From assembly GCA_016866995.1 (NCBI GenBank), contig VGKQ01000001.1:16194-80193 (forward strand): a stretch of DNA of 64,000 nt, written 5' to 3'. The position numbers and the translations under genes were made by a program. Within the stretch, counting starts at the first letter, position 1, and every line of letters starts with the position of its first letter. A model generated the notes under the pieces. That model ran no database searches. It worked only from the letters and a program-made list of their open reading frames with translations, and was not told where the DNA came from. Source of the stretch: Candidatus Pacearchaeota archaeon (GTDB lineage Archaea; Nanobdellota; Nanobdellia; Pacearchaeales; GW2011-AR1). Below are positions 55,495 through 64,000 of the stretch, one piece after another.

Positions 55495-56247
55495 ATGACA
55501 GAAGAAATCAAAAAAGGAATGAAAGTTGAAATTTTAACAAGAGAAAAGAAAAATATTACAGGAATAGTTGAAGAAATAGGAACAAAAGAAAGCGAGAAGG
55601 GAAAAATGGTTCTTCTAAAAACAGGAGAAGTTGGAAGAGTCCAGAAAATTATAGATGATAAAAAGAAAGCAGAAAGCGAGGCAGAAAAACTGATAAAAAA
55701 AGGTGAAAATTATCAGAGAGAATTCAAATCAGAAGCATTATGGAGCTTAAATTATACAAACCAGCAGATTGCAGAAAGCAAGTCAAATGACTTGCACACA
55801 CACAAGCACAAGGCATCTAAGGTTATAATTGCTCGTTCAATTGTAGCTTTATTAAACTCACAGGGAGGAAATCTAATAATCGGAGTTAAGGAAAAAAAGA
55901 ACGAGAAAGGAGAGTTTGAGATAGTTGGAATAGAAAAAGATTTGGAGAAATTAAAAGCACAAGGCAAGGACAACTCGCAGGATGGATACAAGAGAATGAT
56001 TATAGATGACATTATCAGGGCATATTTCCCGTTTAAAATTTACAATAATCTTAATGATTATATTAAGTTCACCTTCGAGGAAATCAATAACAAACTTGTC
56101 TGCAACATAAAAGTCCAGCCAAGCAGAAGCAGGATTTTTCTGAACTTAGAGGGCAGAAAAATCTTCATGATTAGGACAGAAACAGAAACCCGCCAGATAC
56201 AAGATGAAGAGCTTGTAGATTACTGCATGAGAAGATTTTTGAGCTAG
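55495..56247 (+). CDS. YwbE(DUF2196)-like plus Schlafen/AlbA_2 domain fusion
   Basis: N-terminal KKGMKVEI...GEVGRVQKI; GENYQREFKS, ALLNSQGGNLIIGV, IVGI. Confidence 0.78.
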   Translation: MTEEIKKGMKVEILTREKKNITGIVEEIGTKESEKGKMVLLKTGEVGRVQKIIDDKKKAESEAEKLIKKGENYQREFKSEALWSLNYTNQQIAESKSNDLHTHKHKASKVIIARSIVALLNSQGGNLIIGVKEKKNEKGEFEIVGIEKDLEKLKAQGKDNSQDGYKRMIIDDIIRAYFPFKIYNNLNDYIKFTFEEINNKLVCNIKVQPSRSRIFLNLEGRKIFMIRTETETRQIQDEELVDYCMRRFLS

Positions 56248-56368
56248 TTCAAAAATCTTAATTATTTCCCATAACCCAAATATAAAATTAAAATAACTAA
56301 AACTAAATTTTGCAAAATAATTCCCTTAATGTTATATGACATTAATTACAGATAAGAACTAATACAAT

Positions 56369-56536
56369 TTACAAGTCTCTTGCCTGCAGTGTTCTTCTTC
56401 CATTTGCCTTTGCCCTCTCGCTCGCCTCTTTAAGCAAGTTTTCAACTTTCTTATTCAGAGCATCCACAACTTCAGCAGCTACATTCAACTCAGGAACAGC
56501 CTCTTTTATCTTGCTTTTTATGATTAAATCTGTCAT
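56369..56536 (-). CDS. Short archaeal histone-fold protein (55 aa, DUF1931/face-to-face type)
   Basis: Hand-translated MTDLIIKSKIKEAVPELNVAAEVVDALNKKVENLLKEASERAKANGRRTLQARDL. Confidence 0.88.
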   Translation of the reverse strand: MTDLIIKSKIKEAVPELNVAAEVVDALNKKVENLLKEASERAKANGRRTLQARDL

Positions 56537-56537
56537 T

Positions 56538-57113
56538 TTATTCTAAGCCAATCTCGCTTTTTATATCTTTCATAGCCTCAATGGACAGCAAGAAAAACTC
56601 ATCCAAGCTTATTCCCACAAGTTCTATCTCTTTCACAATATTTCTGTCGCAATTAGCAGCAAACCTCTTATCTTTAAATTTCTTTCCAAGTCCCTTGGCT
56701 TCCATATCAGAAATATTTTTTCCTCTCATCAAAGCATATGCATAAATTATTCCTGTAAGTGTTTCAGCAGCAGCAAGGCAGTGTTCTATCCTGCTTGTTC
56801 TTTTTTTATCTTTAAAACAAGGAATAGCATCATACCCGTACCCATGAGATTGGATAATTTCAATAAAATTGTCATCAAAACCTTCTTTCTCAAGTATCTC
56901 GCGAGCTTTTGTGCAATGCTCCTGCCAATTATCTCGGGTTAAAGCCCAGTCAACATCATGCAGCAAGCCAAGCATGCCCCAATATTCAACATCTTCATTC
57001 AACTTGGAAGCTAATTTTCTCATAATTGCCTCTGATTCAAGATAATGATTCATGTCAGCTTCTGTCTGCGGCATTGACTTAAGAAGCTCAAGAGCTTTTT
57101 CACGTGAAATCAT
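56538..57113 (-). CDS. HD/HDIG-domain hydrolase
   Basis: HYLESE, GLLHDVD, IQSH, KKFKDKRFAA. Confidence 0.88.
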   Translation of the reverse strand: MISREKALELLKSMPQTEADMNHYLESEAIMRKLASKLNEDVEYWGMLGLLHDVDWALTRDNWQEHCTKAREILEKEGFDDNFIEIIQSHGYGYDAIPCFKDKKRTSRIEHCLAAAETLTGIIYAYALMRGKNISDMEAKGLGKKFKDKRFAANCDRNIVKEIELVGISLDEFFLLSIEAMKDIKSEIGLE

Positions 57114-57246
57114 TTTTTTGCTAATTTTTAGTAGTTTATAAATCTGTCTTTCAAAAATAAATATATAATTTCAAATTAATTATAGATAAATATTTCTTTA
57201 ATTATTAATTAACATAATCAATTCATAAACATTAATAAAATAATAT

Positions 57247-58719
57247 TTATTTTCCCTCAGGCTTCATCAAGGGAAAAATAACACATTCTCTTATTGGCTT
57301 GTCAACAAGATACGAGAACAATCTTTCTGAAACTCCAAACCCGCAGGTTGGAGGCATCCCATATTTCAAAGCTTCTACAAATTCCTTGTCATGTTCCATA
57401 GCATCTTTATCTCCTTTTGCCTTCTCTTTAGCCTGTTCAATAAATCTCTTTTCCTGCTCAAGAGCATCATTTAGTTCAGAATACCCATTTCCAAGCTCTG
57501 TTCCCGCAATTATAACCTGAAACTGTTCTACTGCTTTCTCATCATCTCGGCTTGTTTTTGCCAGAGGAGCAAGTTCAACAGGCTGGTTCACAAGAAATCC
57601 AGGACCTAAAAGTTTTTTTCTGCAGAATTTCCATAAATTATCAACTAATCTCCATTTTCCAAGATTTTTATCACACTCTATTCCAAGCTCTTCAATTTTT
57701 TTTATTATTTTTTTCTCATCATCCTTGTAAATATCAATTCCAGTATATTTTTTTATCACGCTCTTGTAATCATATAATTCCCATTTTTTCCCCAAGTCAA
57801 CTTTATAGCCATGAGTTTCAAACTTCAAAGTGCCAAGAACTTCTTTTGCAGCTTTTTTGTACATCTCTTCAACAAGCTTCATCCCATCTTTAAAATCAGC
57901 ATATGCCCAATAAAATTCCATCTGAGTATAATCCTGTAAATGCTCCATATCCATGCCCTCATTCCTGAACTGCCTTCCAATCTCAAATGTCTTCTCATAT
58001 CCCGCTATCATTAATTTCTTCTGCCATAATTCTCCCATAGAAATTCTCAGAAAAACATCAACATCAAGAGAATTATGATGTGTCTTGAATGGATTAGCAG
58101 CCGCTCCTCCTGCTGATGTTTCGAGCACAGGAGTTTCAACTTCTAAAAATCCTCTTTCAAGCAGAAAATTTCTTATTGTCTGCCAAAATTTCTGCTTCTT
58201 GATAAAAAGTTCTTTTGTTTCAGGATTTGAGATAATATCAAGATATCTTTTTCTTAATCTTTCTTCATCATCCTGCAACCCGTGCCACTTTTCAGGAAGA
58301 GGCAGAATTGCCTTAGTTAAAACTTCAATTTTCTTAGCAAGAACTGTCAACTCTCCTCTCTTTGTTCTCAGAATTGTTCCTTCTATTCCAATAATATCTC
58401 CTGAATCAACATATTTTTTGAATAATTCCAAATCTTTTTTAGGAGTTTCTCCTTCCTGAAGCTGAATTTGTATTTTTCCGCTTCCATCCTGAATACTGGA
58501 AAAAATTAATTTTCCAATATCTCGTATAATCATAACTCTCCCTGCAACTCTCGCTTTATTCTTAGTTCTTGAGCCGGATTTTAACTTCTTGTACTTCTCC
58601 TGCAAATCTGAACTTGCTTGTTTATTTTCAAACTTGTAAGTATATGGATTAATTCCAAGCTTTCTCAGCTCTTCAATTTTTTTCAATCTCTCTTTTACAA
58701 TTAACTCTTCTCTTCCCAT
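57247..58719 (-). CDS. lysS: Lysine--tRNA ligase, class II
   Basis: OB-fold N-domain, RKRYLD, EVETP, FRNEG, ELGNGYSELND, YGMPPTCGFG. Confidence 0.95.
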   Translation of the reverse strand: MGREELIVKERLKKIEELRKLGINPYTYKFENKQASSDLQEKYKKLKSGSRTKNKARVAGRVMIIRDIGKLIFSSIQDGSGKIQIQLQEGETPKKDLELFKKYVDSGDIIGIEGTILRTKRGELTVLAKKIEVLTKAILPLPEKWHGLQDDEERLRKRYLDIISNPETKELFIKKQKFWQTIRNFLLERGFLEVETPVLETSAGGAAANPFKTHHNSLDVDVFLRISMGELWQKKLMIAGYEKTFEIGRQFRNEGMDMEHLQDYTQMEFYWAYADFKDGMKLVEEMYKKAAKEVLGTLKFETHGYKVDLGKKWELYDYKSVIKKYTGIDIYKDDEKKIIKKIEELGIECDKNLGKWRLVDNLWKFCRKKLLGPGFLVNQPVELAPLAKTSRDDEKAVEQFQVIIAGTELGNGYSELNDALEQEKRFIEQAKEKAKGDKDAMEHDKEFVEALKYGMPPTCGFGVSERLFSYLVDKPIRECVIFPLMKPEGK

Positions 58720-58762
58720 AATATAAACAGAAAAAGATAATATAAAAATCTATCTTAAAATA

Positions 58763-59041
58763 TCAAAAACTCAAAACCTTAAATTCAGTGAAATCATCCT
58801 GCCACTTTTCTTCCTTGACATCAACGCTTTTTGTCTGGCTGTGTCTCGGTCCTATTCTGCAAACTTCAATCATCTCATCAACCATTTCTTTCTCACCCTG
58901 CAAAAAAGCTTCAACTCTTCCATCCTCGAGATTTCTTACAAAACCCTTTAAATTTCTTTTGTCAGCATTTTCCTTGAAAAACTGCCTCAAAAAAATCCCG
59001 TGCACAATTCCCTTATAATAAACTCGAACAGCTTTTTTCAT
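58763..59041 (-). CDS. acyP: Acylphosphatase
   Basis: GIVHGIFLR, GFVRNLEDGRVEA, GP. Confidence 0.88.
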   Translation of the reverse strand: MKKAVRVYYKGIVHGIFLRQFFKENADKRNLKGFVRNLEDGRVEAFLQGEKEMVDEMIEVCRIGPRHSQTKSVDVKEEKWQDDFTEFKVLSF

Positions 59042-59144
59042 TTTCTTATGAAAAAAGCAGTTAATTAGGATTTTTATAATTATCTATACTAAAAAATATA
59101 AATAAATTAATCTAACATTAATTAATAAAAATCAAGACTTTTGC

Positions 59145-59420
59145 CTATAATCCAAAAGTCTTCTCAAACTCTTTCATCTGGGCATACTTGTGGAAAAATT
59201 CTCTGCCTTTCTTTGTTATTGTAATTTTCTGCTTTCCATCAACTTCAATTTTCTCAATCAACTGATTTTTCTCAAGCTCAGCAAGATATAGTTTCATCTG
59301 GTTATGAGATAAGTTAGCTTTATACATTAAATGAGTAGGCTTAATTTTACCGCCCTTTTCTTGAATTATTGCCAGCATATCTGATATTATCTCTATTCTG
59401 CTTCTTTTTCTGTTTATCAT
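59145..59420 (-). CDS. Winged-helix regulator (HTH_45-like)
   Basis: [26 protein letters not shown]. Confidence 0.88.
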   Translation of the reverse strand: MINRKRSRIEIISDMLAIIQEKGGKIKPTHLMYKANLSHNQMKLYLAELEKNQLIEKIEVDGKQKITITKKGREFFHKYAQMKEFEKTFGL

Positions 59421-60108
59421 TTTTAGCCCCTATAATCCTTATCATAAGGAAAAGAAGGATTAAATAGCTTACTAATTGTATAACCTGTGCAATAACAGCA
59501 TAAAACTCAATCTTGGAGAAGAGGAATATTATCTGGCTCAATGCAAGCATTCCAAACAAAGCAATCAAGACAATAGTGTTCTTGGATTTATTTTTCTCAT
59601 AAATTGCAGTGTAATTCTGCATTATAAATATAAGCAGCAGGAGAAGTGTTAAATGAAATAAATAATAATGAAATATACAGCCGAATAATGCTATTATAAT
59701 AAGAAAATATGCAGCAAGAATAATATCTTTTTTTGCCTGTTTTTTCATATTAATTCTATAAATAATATAAAAACCCGCAAGTGTCAGAAGCTTATTGAAG
59801 AAAAACCCGGCATAATAAATAAAATCAACAGAACTTAGAACATTGCTGCTTACAATCATTTTTCCGACGTTCTGGGTGAAATCAGCAGCATAAAAATCAT
59901 AATACAATAGAAGTTTTGTAAACACTGTTGCAACCTCAGCAAGGGCAACAAGCAAAAACCCGCTTCCAAGATACAAAAAATTCTTGTTCCTGCTCAGTTT
60001 GTAATTTTTATAGGCAAAAATAAAAAACAAAGCCAGTATTGCAAAACTGAAAAATTCAATTAAAACATCGCCTTCAAGAAACCAGTCAGGAGTAAAAACG
60101 ATTTTCAT
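59347..60108 (-). CDS. Multi-pass (about 7 TM) membrane protein, possible sensor
   Basis: Seven hydrophobic segments, YLGSGFLL; overlaps downstream wHTH gene. Confidence 0.72.
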   Translation of the reverse strand: MKIVFTPDWFLEGDVLIEFFSFAILALFFIFAYKNYKLSRNKNFLYLGSGFLLVALAEVATVFTKLLLYYDFYAADFTQNVGKMIVSSNVLSSVDFIYYAGFFFNKLLTLAGFYIIYRINMKKQAKKDIILAAYFLIIIALFGCIFHYYLFHLTLLLLLIFIMQNYTAIYEKNKSKNTIVLIALFGMLALSQIIFLFSKIEFYAVIAQVIQLVSYLILLFLMIRIIGAKNDKQKKKQNRDNIRYAGNNSRKGR

Positions 60109-60371
60109 ATTTTCCTTTCCTCTTCGATAAACTCTAATTTTATTTAAAAAGCTTATGAAACTTCATTTCATACTTTCTATTCAGAATAACTGTTCACAAT
60201 TGCTTTAAAAGGCATTTTCCTGTATATTTTAAGCTTAAAAGAAGTTAAATTTCATTTCCTCACCCGAGGAAATCATAATCAAACCATAGTCACCTCTTTT
60301 CGCCCAGGAGAAGCCCGACAATCTCTTTGAAAAGGGCTTCTCTCAGGGTTTATATCCGGCCTGGATGAAAA

Positions 60372-60503
60372 ATGCAAAAAAACAAAGAGATAAGCCTGAA
60401 AAAGGAGATGAGAATTCTTAGAGAAATGGGATTAGATGATTCTGAATTAGATTATATTGCTCACTTGCATGAAAAAGATGAATTAAGCAGAAAATGGGAT
60501 TAA
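60372..60503 (+). CDS. Small hypothetical protein (43 aa) behind structured leader
   Basis: Hand-translated MQKNKEISLKKEMRILREMGLDDSELDYIAHLHEKDELSRKWD. Confidence 0.55.
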   Translation: MQKNKEISLKKEMRILREMGLDDSELDYIAHLHEKDELSRKWD

Positions 60504-60775
60504 TCTTGTTCTTGCTTTAATTCAGCATCAACAAGTTTTTCTATCTCAGCAAAATTTCTCTTAAATTCTTCATATGAAAATCTTCTGTCCCCTATTTCAA
60601 GCATTGTTCTTTCATCTTTTACAGGGCATAATTCAAATCTCACAAGCTTAGAAGCAAGATAGCAGACAATTTCTAGATAATCGCCTTTATTCTTTCTGCA
60701 GTCATAATCATATACAAGCTTAAAATGATTTTGGGACACTAATAATATGGAAACAAGATTTATAAAAATTATCAA
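60500..60775 (-). CDS. Hypothetical protein (start may be GTG at 60739)
   Basis: ORF converging on the 43-aa ORF with overlapping stop codons. Confidence 0.55.
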   Translation of the reverse strand: MIIFINLVSILLVSQNHFKLVYDYDCRKNKGDYLEIVCYLASKLVRFELCPVKDERTMLEIGDRRFSYEEFKRNFAEIEKLVDAELKQEQD

Positions 60776-61001
60776 TGCAGAAAATATATTATGATATATG
60801 CTATATTTTCTGCCAAAAAAACTTTATAATTTTTTTGATATTCTAAATAAATTTTCAATCTTGATATTCTAAATAAAAATTACAATTATCAAATTAATAA
60901 TTAAAATTAGTTTCTTTATTAACTATATAAATATCATAATTACATTAATTAATTTTACAATTATCATTGATGTTTTATTGTATTATTAAAGTTATATTTA
61001 T

Positions 61002-61613
61002 TCAGCTTTCTCTTTCATCTAATTCATGATTTACAATAGTTACTACCTGAGATGCAAAATAAATTTTCTTTCCAACAGAAACAGGAATGCAGATTTTTTT
61101 CAATCTCTTTAATTCCTTGTTTGGAAAACCCTCGTTGTCTCCAAGCACAAAAACAGGATTTTTCTCAATTTTCATATTTCTAATATTCTCGCCTTTCTCA
61201 TCAAGCAGATAAATATTTTTTCCTTCTTGCTTTAATTCTTCTATGAGCTTAAATAACGGCTTTTTTTCTATATAAAACCCATTCCAAACTCTTGTTTTCT
61301 GCCCATCTTTAAATTTGAACAACATTTTTTTTATCAAGCCAGCAACATCCTTCTTGCTTATATCTGGCTTGTCATCTTTAACTTGTGCTCCTGTCTCAGG
61401 GATACTTGAGCCGGGAAACATTTCAAGATGCATTGGAGGATTTGGAGGCCCATAAAATACAAGATGCAATTTAGTATCATCTCTTAATTTATGAGACAAG
61501 AAGAAAGCATTTATTACAACATGAAGCGCAATATCCATTCTTCCTGCTTTCATCAAATCATCAAAATTCCCACTAGTTCTTGCCTTGCTTGAAAAATAAA
61601 TAAATTCTCTCAT
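61002..61613 (-). CDS. trmY: tRNA (pseudouridine54-N1)-methyltransferase TrmY (SPOUT)
   Basis: AGRMDI, FFLSHKLR, FVLGDNEG, HELD. Confidence 0.88.
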   Translation of the reverse strand: MREFIYFSSKARTSGNFDDLMKAGRMDIALHVVINAFFLSHKLRDDTKLHLVFYGPPNPPMHLEMFPGSSIPETGAQVKDDKPDISKKDVAGLIKKMLFKFKDGQKTRVWNGFYIEKKPLFKLIEELKQEGKNIYLLDEKGENIRNMKIEKNPVFVLGDNEGFPNKELKRLKKICIPVSVGKKIYFASQVVTIVNHELDERES

Positions 61614-61654
61614 CTTTAGAATAAGTTAAGTTAGTTTTTAAGATTTTTGTTAAA

Positions 61655-62050
61655 TCATTGCTTTCGCATTCTAGCTTTTCTAGCGTCCTCTTCTCTAAGT
61701 TGTGTAGTTAAACGAGCCAAGCCATCACCTAAATCTTCTTCTTTTCTACACTGAACTCTATAAACCTTTGCATCTCCTGAAGGATTATAAGCGAGCGCAG
61801 CAAATATTGCAGTGTTTGGCGCTTTGCCTTTTTCATAAACTCTATACTCTCTTCCATTAACAGTTACAAATCTTAAGGTTCTTCCCAAATCTCTTCTTGC
61901 TTGCCTATTTAACTCTCTTGCGATAGGACTTTCAGAACTAACCTGAATTTCTGTAGGAGGATCTCTATAAACTCTACCATGGAATACTTCTGCTATACTT
62001 AATTGGCTTCCATAACTTACTATAGACACATCGGCTGGAACTTTACTCAT
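61655..62050 (-). CDS. Hypothetical protein (131 aa)
   Basis: ORF with own TATA-like element; no motif. Confidence 0.6.
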   Translation of the reverse strand: MSKVPADVSIVSYGSQLSIAEVFHGRVYRDPPTEIQVSSESPIARELNRQARRDLGRTLRFVTVNGREYRVYEKGKAPNTAIFAALAYNPSGDAKVYRVQCRKEEDLGDGLARLTTQLREEDARKARMRKQ

Positions 62051-62210
62051 AAAAAATTCACTTTTTCAAACTTTTTAAACCTTTTTCTCTGAAAAATCAA
62101 ATATATACTTTAATATTAATGTCACAAAATGCCCCTTTACTGTTTTATTAAATAAATTAATTTATAATATAATAAACATAAAAAATATAAGTTGTATTAA
62201 TAACAGAATA

Positions 62211-63035
62211 CTAATTAAAAACAAATTCAGCTCTTGCTATAATATCTTTCTCATTAACTTTCCTATAAATTCCTATAAATTTATCCTGGGAAAAAACAGC
62301 AAATTTTTCTTCTCCAAGTAGTTTTATTTCTCCCTTATGAATTGGTTTTCCGGTTAATAATTGTTTAATCATATTTTGTTTAATTTGAACACAAGTAAGA
62401 ACTTTTTCCAGTGCCTTTTCAGCCGGAATTAAAATTTTTCTTAACTTCTCATCATTCCCATTTTTCCAATCAGAAACAGCTTTTTCAAACTCATACATAT
62501 TTATAATTTTTTCTTCAGAAAAAATTCCAGCTTGAGTTCTTCTTAATTCAAGCATATGGGCTCCTCCAATATTATTGCCCAAATCTGAAATCAGCTTACG
62601 AATATAAGTTCCTGCCTGGACTTCTGTCTCAAAAAGAAAATCTTTTCCATCATTCTCAAGAATTTTAAATGAAAATATCTCTCTCTCGCGAATTTCTCTT
62701 TTAACTCTTGATTTTACAGGCGGAAGTTGCATTATTTTTCCTATAAACTTTGAAATTTCTTCCTCAAGTTTTTCCCTTGAAATTTCCTGATGAACTCGCA
62801 TAATTCCAACATACTTCTTGTTTTTATGCATAAAATAATCGCTTAATCTGCAGGCTCTTCCCAGAGCTATAGGCAGAACTCCTGTTACTTGCGGGTCAAG
62901 AGTGCCAAAATGCGATGTTTTGTTCAAGCCGAGCATTTTTTTCACAATAACATCAACTCCAAAACTAGTAGGCCCGCTCGGCTTGTCAATGTTAATTATG
63001 CTGAAATTCAATAATTCCTGGATTGTTTTCTCCAT
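62211..63035 (-). CDS. cbf5: RNA-guided pseudouridine synthase Cbf5/TruB (compact)
   Basis: IDKPSGPTS, HFGTLDP, QLPPVKS, GTYIRKL, ELRRT. Confidence 0.92.
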   Translation of the reverse strand: MEKTIQELLNFSIINIDKPSGPTSFGVDVIVKKMLGLNKTSHFGTLDPQVTGVLPIALGRACRLSDYFMHKNKKYVGIMRVHQEISREKLEEEISKFIGKIMQLPPVKSRVKREIREREIFSFKILENDGKDFLFETEVQAGTYIRKLISDLGNNIGGAHMLELRRTQAGIFSEEKIINMYEFEKAVSDWKNGNDEKLRKILIPAEKALEKVLTCVQIKQNMIKQLLTGKPIHKGEIKLLGEEKFAVFSQDKFIGIYRKVNEKDIIARAEFVFN

Positions 63036-63095
63036 ATTTTTAATTATATTCCTGCTTATATAAAGATTTTTAAACCCAATTTTGTCAGTATTTTT

Positions 63096-63557
63096 ATGCC
63101 AAATACAGATACTAGAATAAGCAGAAGAAATCTCCTTCAGTATGGGGGAATGATACTGGCAGGTCTTGCAGTTATGGGAATTCCGATTGCTGGAGAATTA
63201 TACATAGATTCTCATACTCCTGAAAGAGAAAAGAAAATAACAAAAATTCAAGATGCTGTTGATAAATTAAACAGACATGGCAAGATTAATTATGTTCCTA
63301 ATTTTGGATATGGTTTTGATTTGTCTTTAGACGGAAGGCTTGTCAGAGCAAACATAAGCAGGCAGGAATTTAACAGAGGGCATAAATTAAGCTATCAGCC
63401 AGAAGGAACTGATTTTATTGTCAGAGTGTATGGAAAGCAAATAGAAGTATCAAAATTTGGAGAAAGAGTTTATGATTCCAAGATTGAGCAGGATATGCAG
63501 GCAATGACAGACAGGGTTCTTGATGCTCTTGTTGCTCAGACTTCTCCAGAGAGATAA
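63096..63557 (+). CDS. Membrane-anchored protein with twin-arginine-like signal
   Basis: ISRRNLLQYGG followed by hydrophobic helix. Confidence 0.6.
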   Translation: MPNTDTRISRRNLLQYGGMILAGLAVMGIPIAGELYIDSHTPEREKKITKIQDAVDKLNRHGKINYVPNFGYGFDLSLDGRLVRANISRQEFNRGHKLSYQPEGTDFIVRVYGKQIEVSKFGERVYDSKIEQDMQAMTDRVLDALVAQTSPER

Positions 63558-64000
63558 GCTTTTCTCTCTTTATCAGAAAATTTTTCAATAGAGTATCTCA
63601 GCATTGTTCTTGGCATAATTTTATAATTTTTCTTTAAAAATTTTTCAAGTTCCTGCTTGTCTCTTTTTCCTATTTCTCTCAGCATCCAGCCAACAGCCTT
63701 ATGCATCAAATCGTGCTTATCTTTCAATAAAATTTCAGAGATTTTCAGGGCATCAGAAAAATCTTTTTCTTTAATAAATGCAAAACATGCAAGTGCAGAA
63801 ATTCTTCTTTCCCATAAATTTCCTTTGACAAGCCCATATAAAATTTTTCTGTCTTTATCAAGCAAAAACCCTCCTACAATTCTTGGCGCACTCAAGTCTA
63901 CCAAATCCCAGTTATTTATTCTGTTATTCTTGGCATTTTTCAAGTATAAATTAAATATTTTTTCTTTTTCATCTGACTTTTTCATCTTTTCAATTAAAAC
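63536..64000 (-). CDS. DNA alkylation repair enzyme AlkD-like (5' part beyond window)
   Basis: INNWDLVD, LWERR, HDLMHKAVGWMLRE, MPRTMLRYSIE; frame open to the window edge. Confidence 0.9.
   Translation of the reverse strand, partial: VLIEKMKKSDEKEKIFNLYLKNAKNNRINNWDLVDLSAPRIVGGFLLDKDRKILYGLVKGNLWERRISALACFAFIKEKDFSDALKISEILLKDKHDLMHKAVGWMLREIGKRDKQELEKFLKKNYKIMPRTMLRYSIEKFSDKERKAYLSGEV

Noticed and set aside
60297-60371. Hammerhead ribozyme or SRP RNA
   Set aside because: No CUGANGA/GAAA core in the proper arrangement; too short and lacks the SRP helix-8 motif

Overview
AT-rich archaeal chromosome segment, most consistent with a DPANN/Nanobdellota archaeon (Pacearchaeota-like). This is inferred from the S-layer genes, a short archaeosortase, a single-gene primase and truncated Dph2/Cbf5. 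Housekeeping genes include tyw1, eIF5A, L40e, ftsZ-secE-spt5-L11, L37ae-rpoP-prefoldin, sepF, PCNA, primase, hjc, a class II lysS, trmY and cbf5. There are two tRNAs: Ala-CGC and an intron-containing Pro-TGG. Several small genes missing from the ORF track were read by hand (L40e, SecE, RpoP, a histone, a 41-aa Zn ribbon). The most notable content is: (1) an ~11-kb operon (31198-42151) of pilin-like proteins and three modular Cys-rich giant surface proteins, two of them with Gly/Ala-rich hydrophobic cores and with patches of perfect DNA identity between paralogs; (2) a divergent wHTH / Cys-less thymidylate-synthase-like locus carrying a kinase-phosphoesterase-nucleotidyltransferase cassette bounded by a perfect 27-bp direct repeat; (3) a dense tandem hairpin array and dispersed REP-like palindromes; and (4) a toxin-antitoxin pair bounded by a duplicated promoter next to a YwbE-AlbA_2 fusion. 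No CRISPR array, rRNA or transposase was seen. All calls are by eye; no database searches were run.
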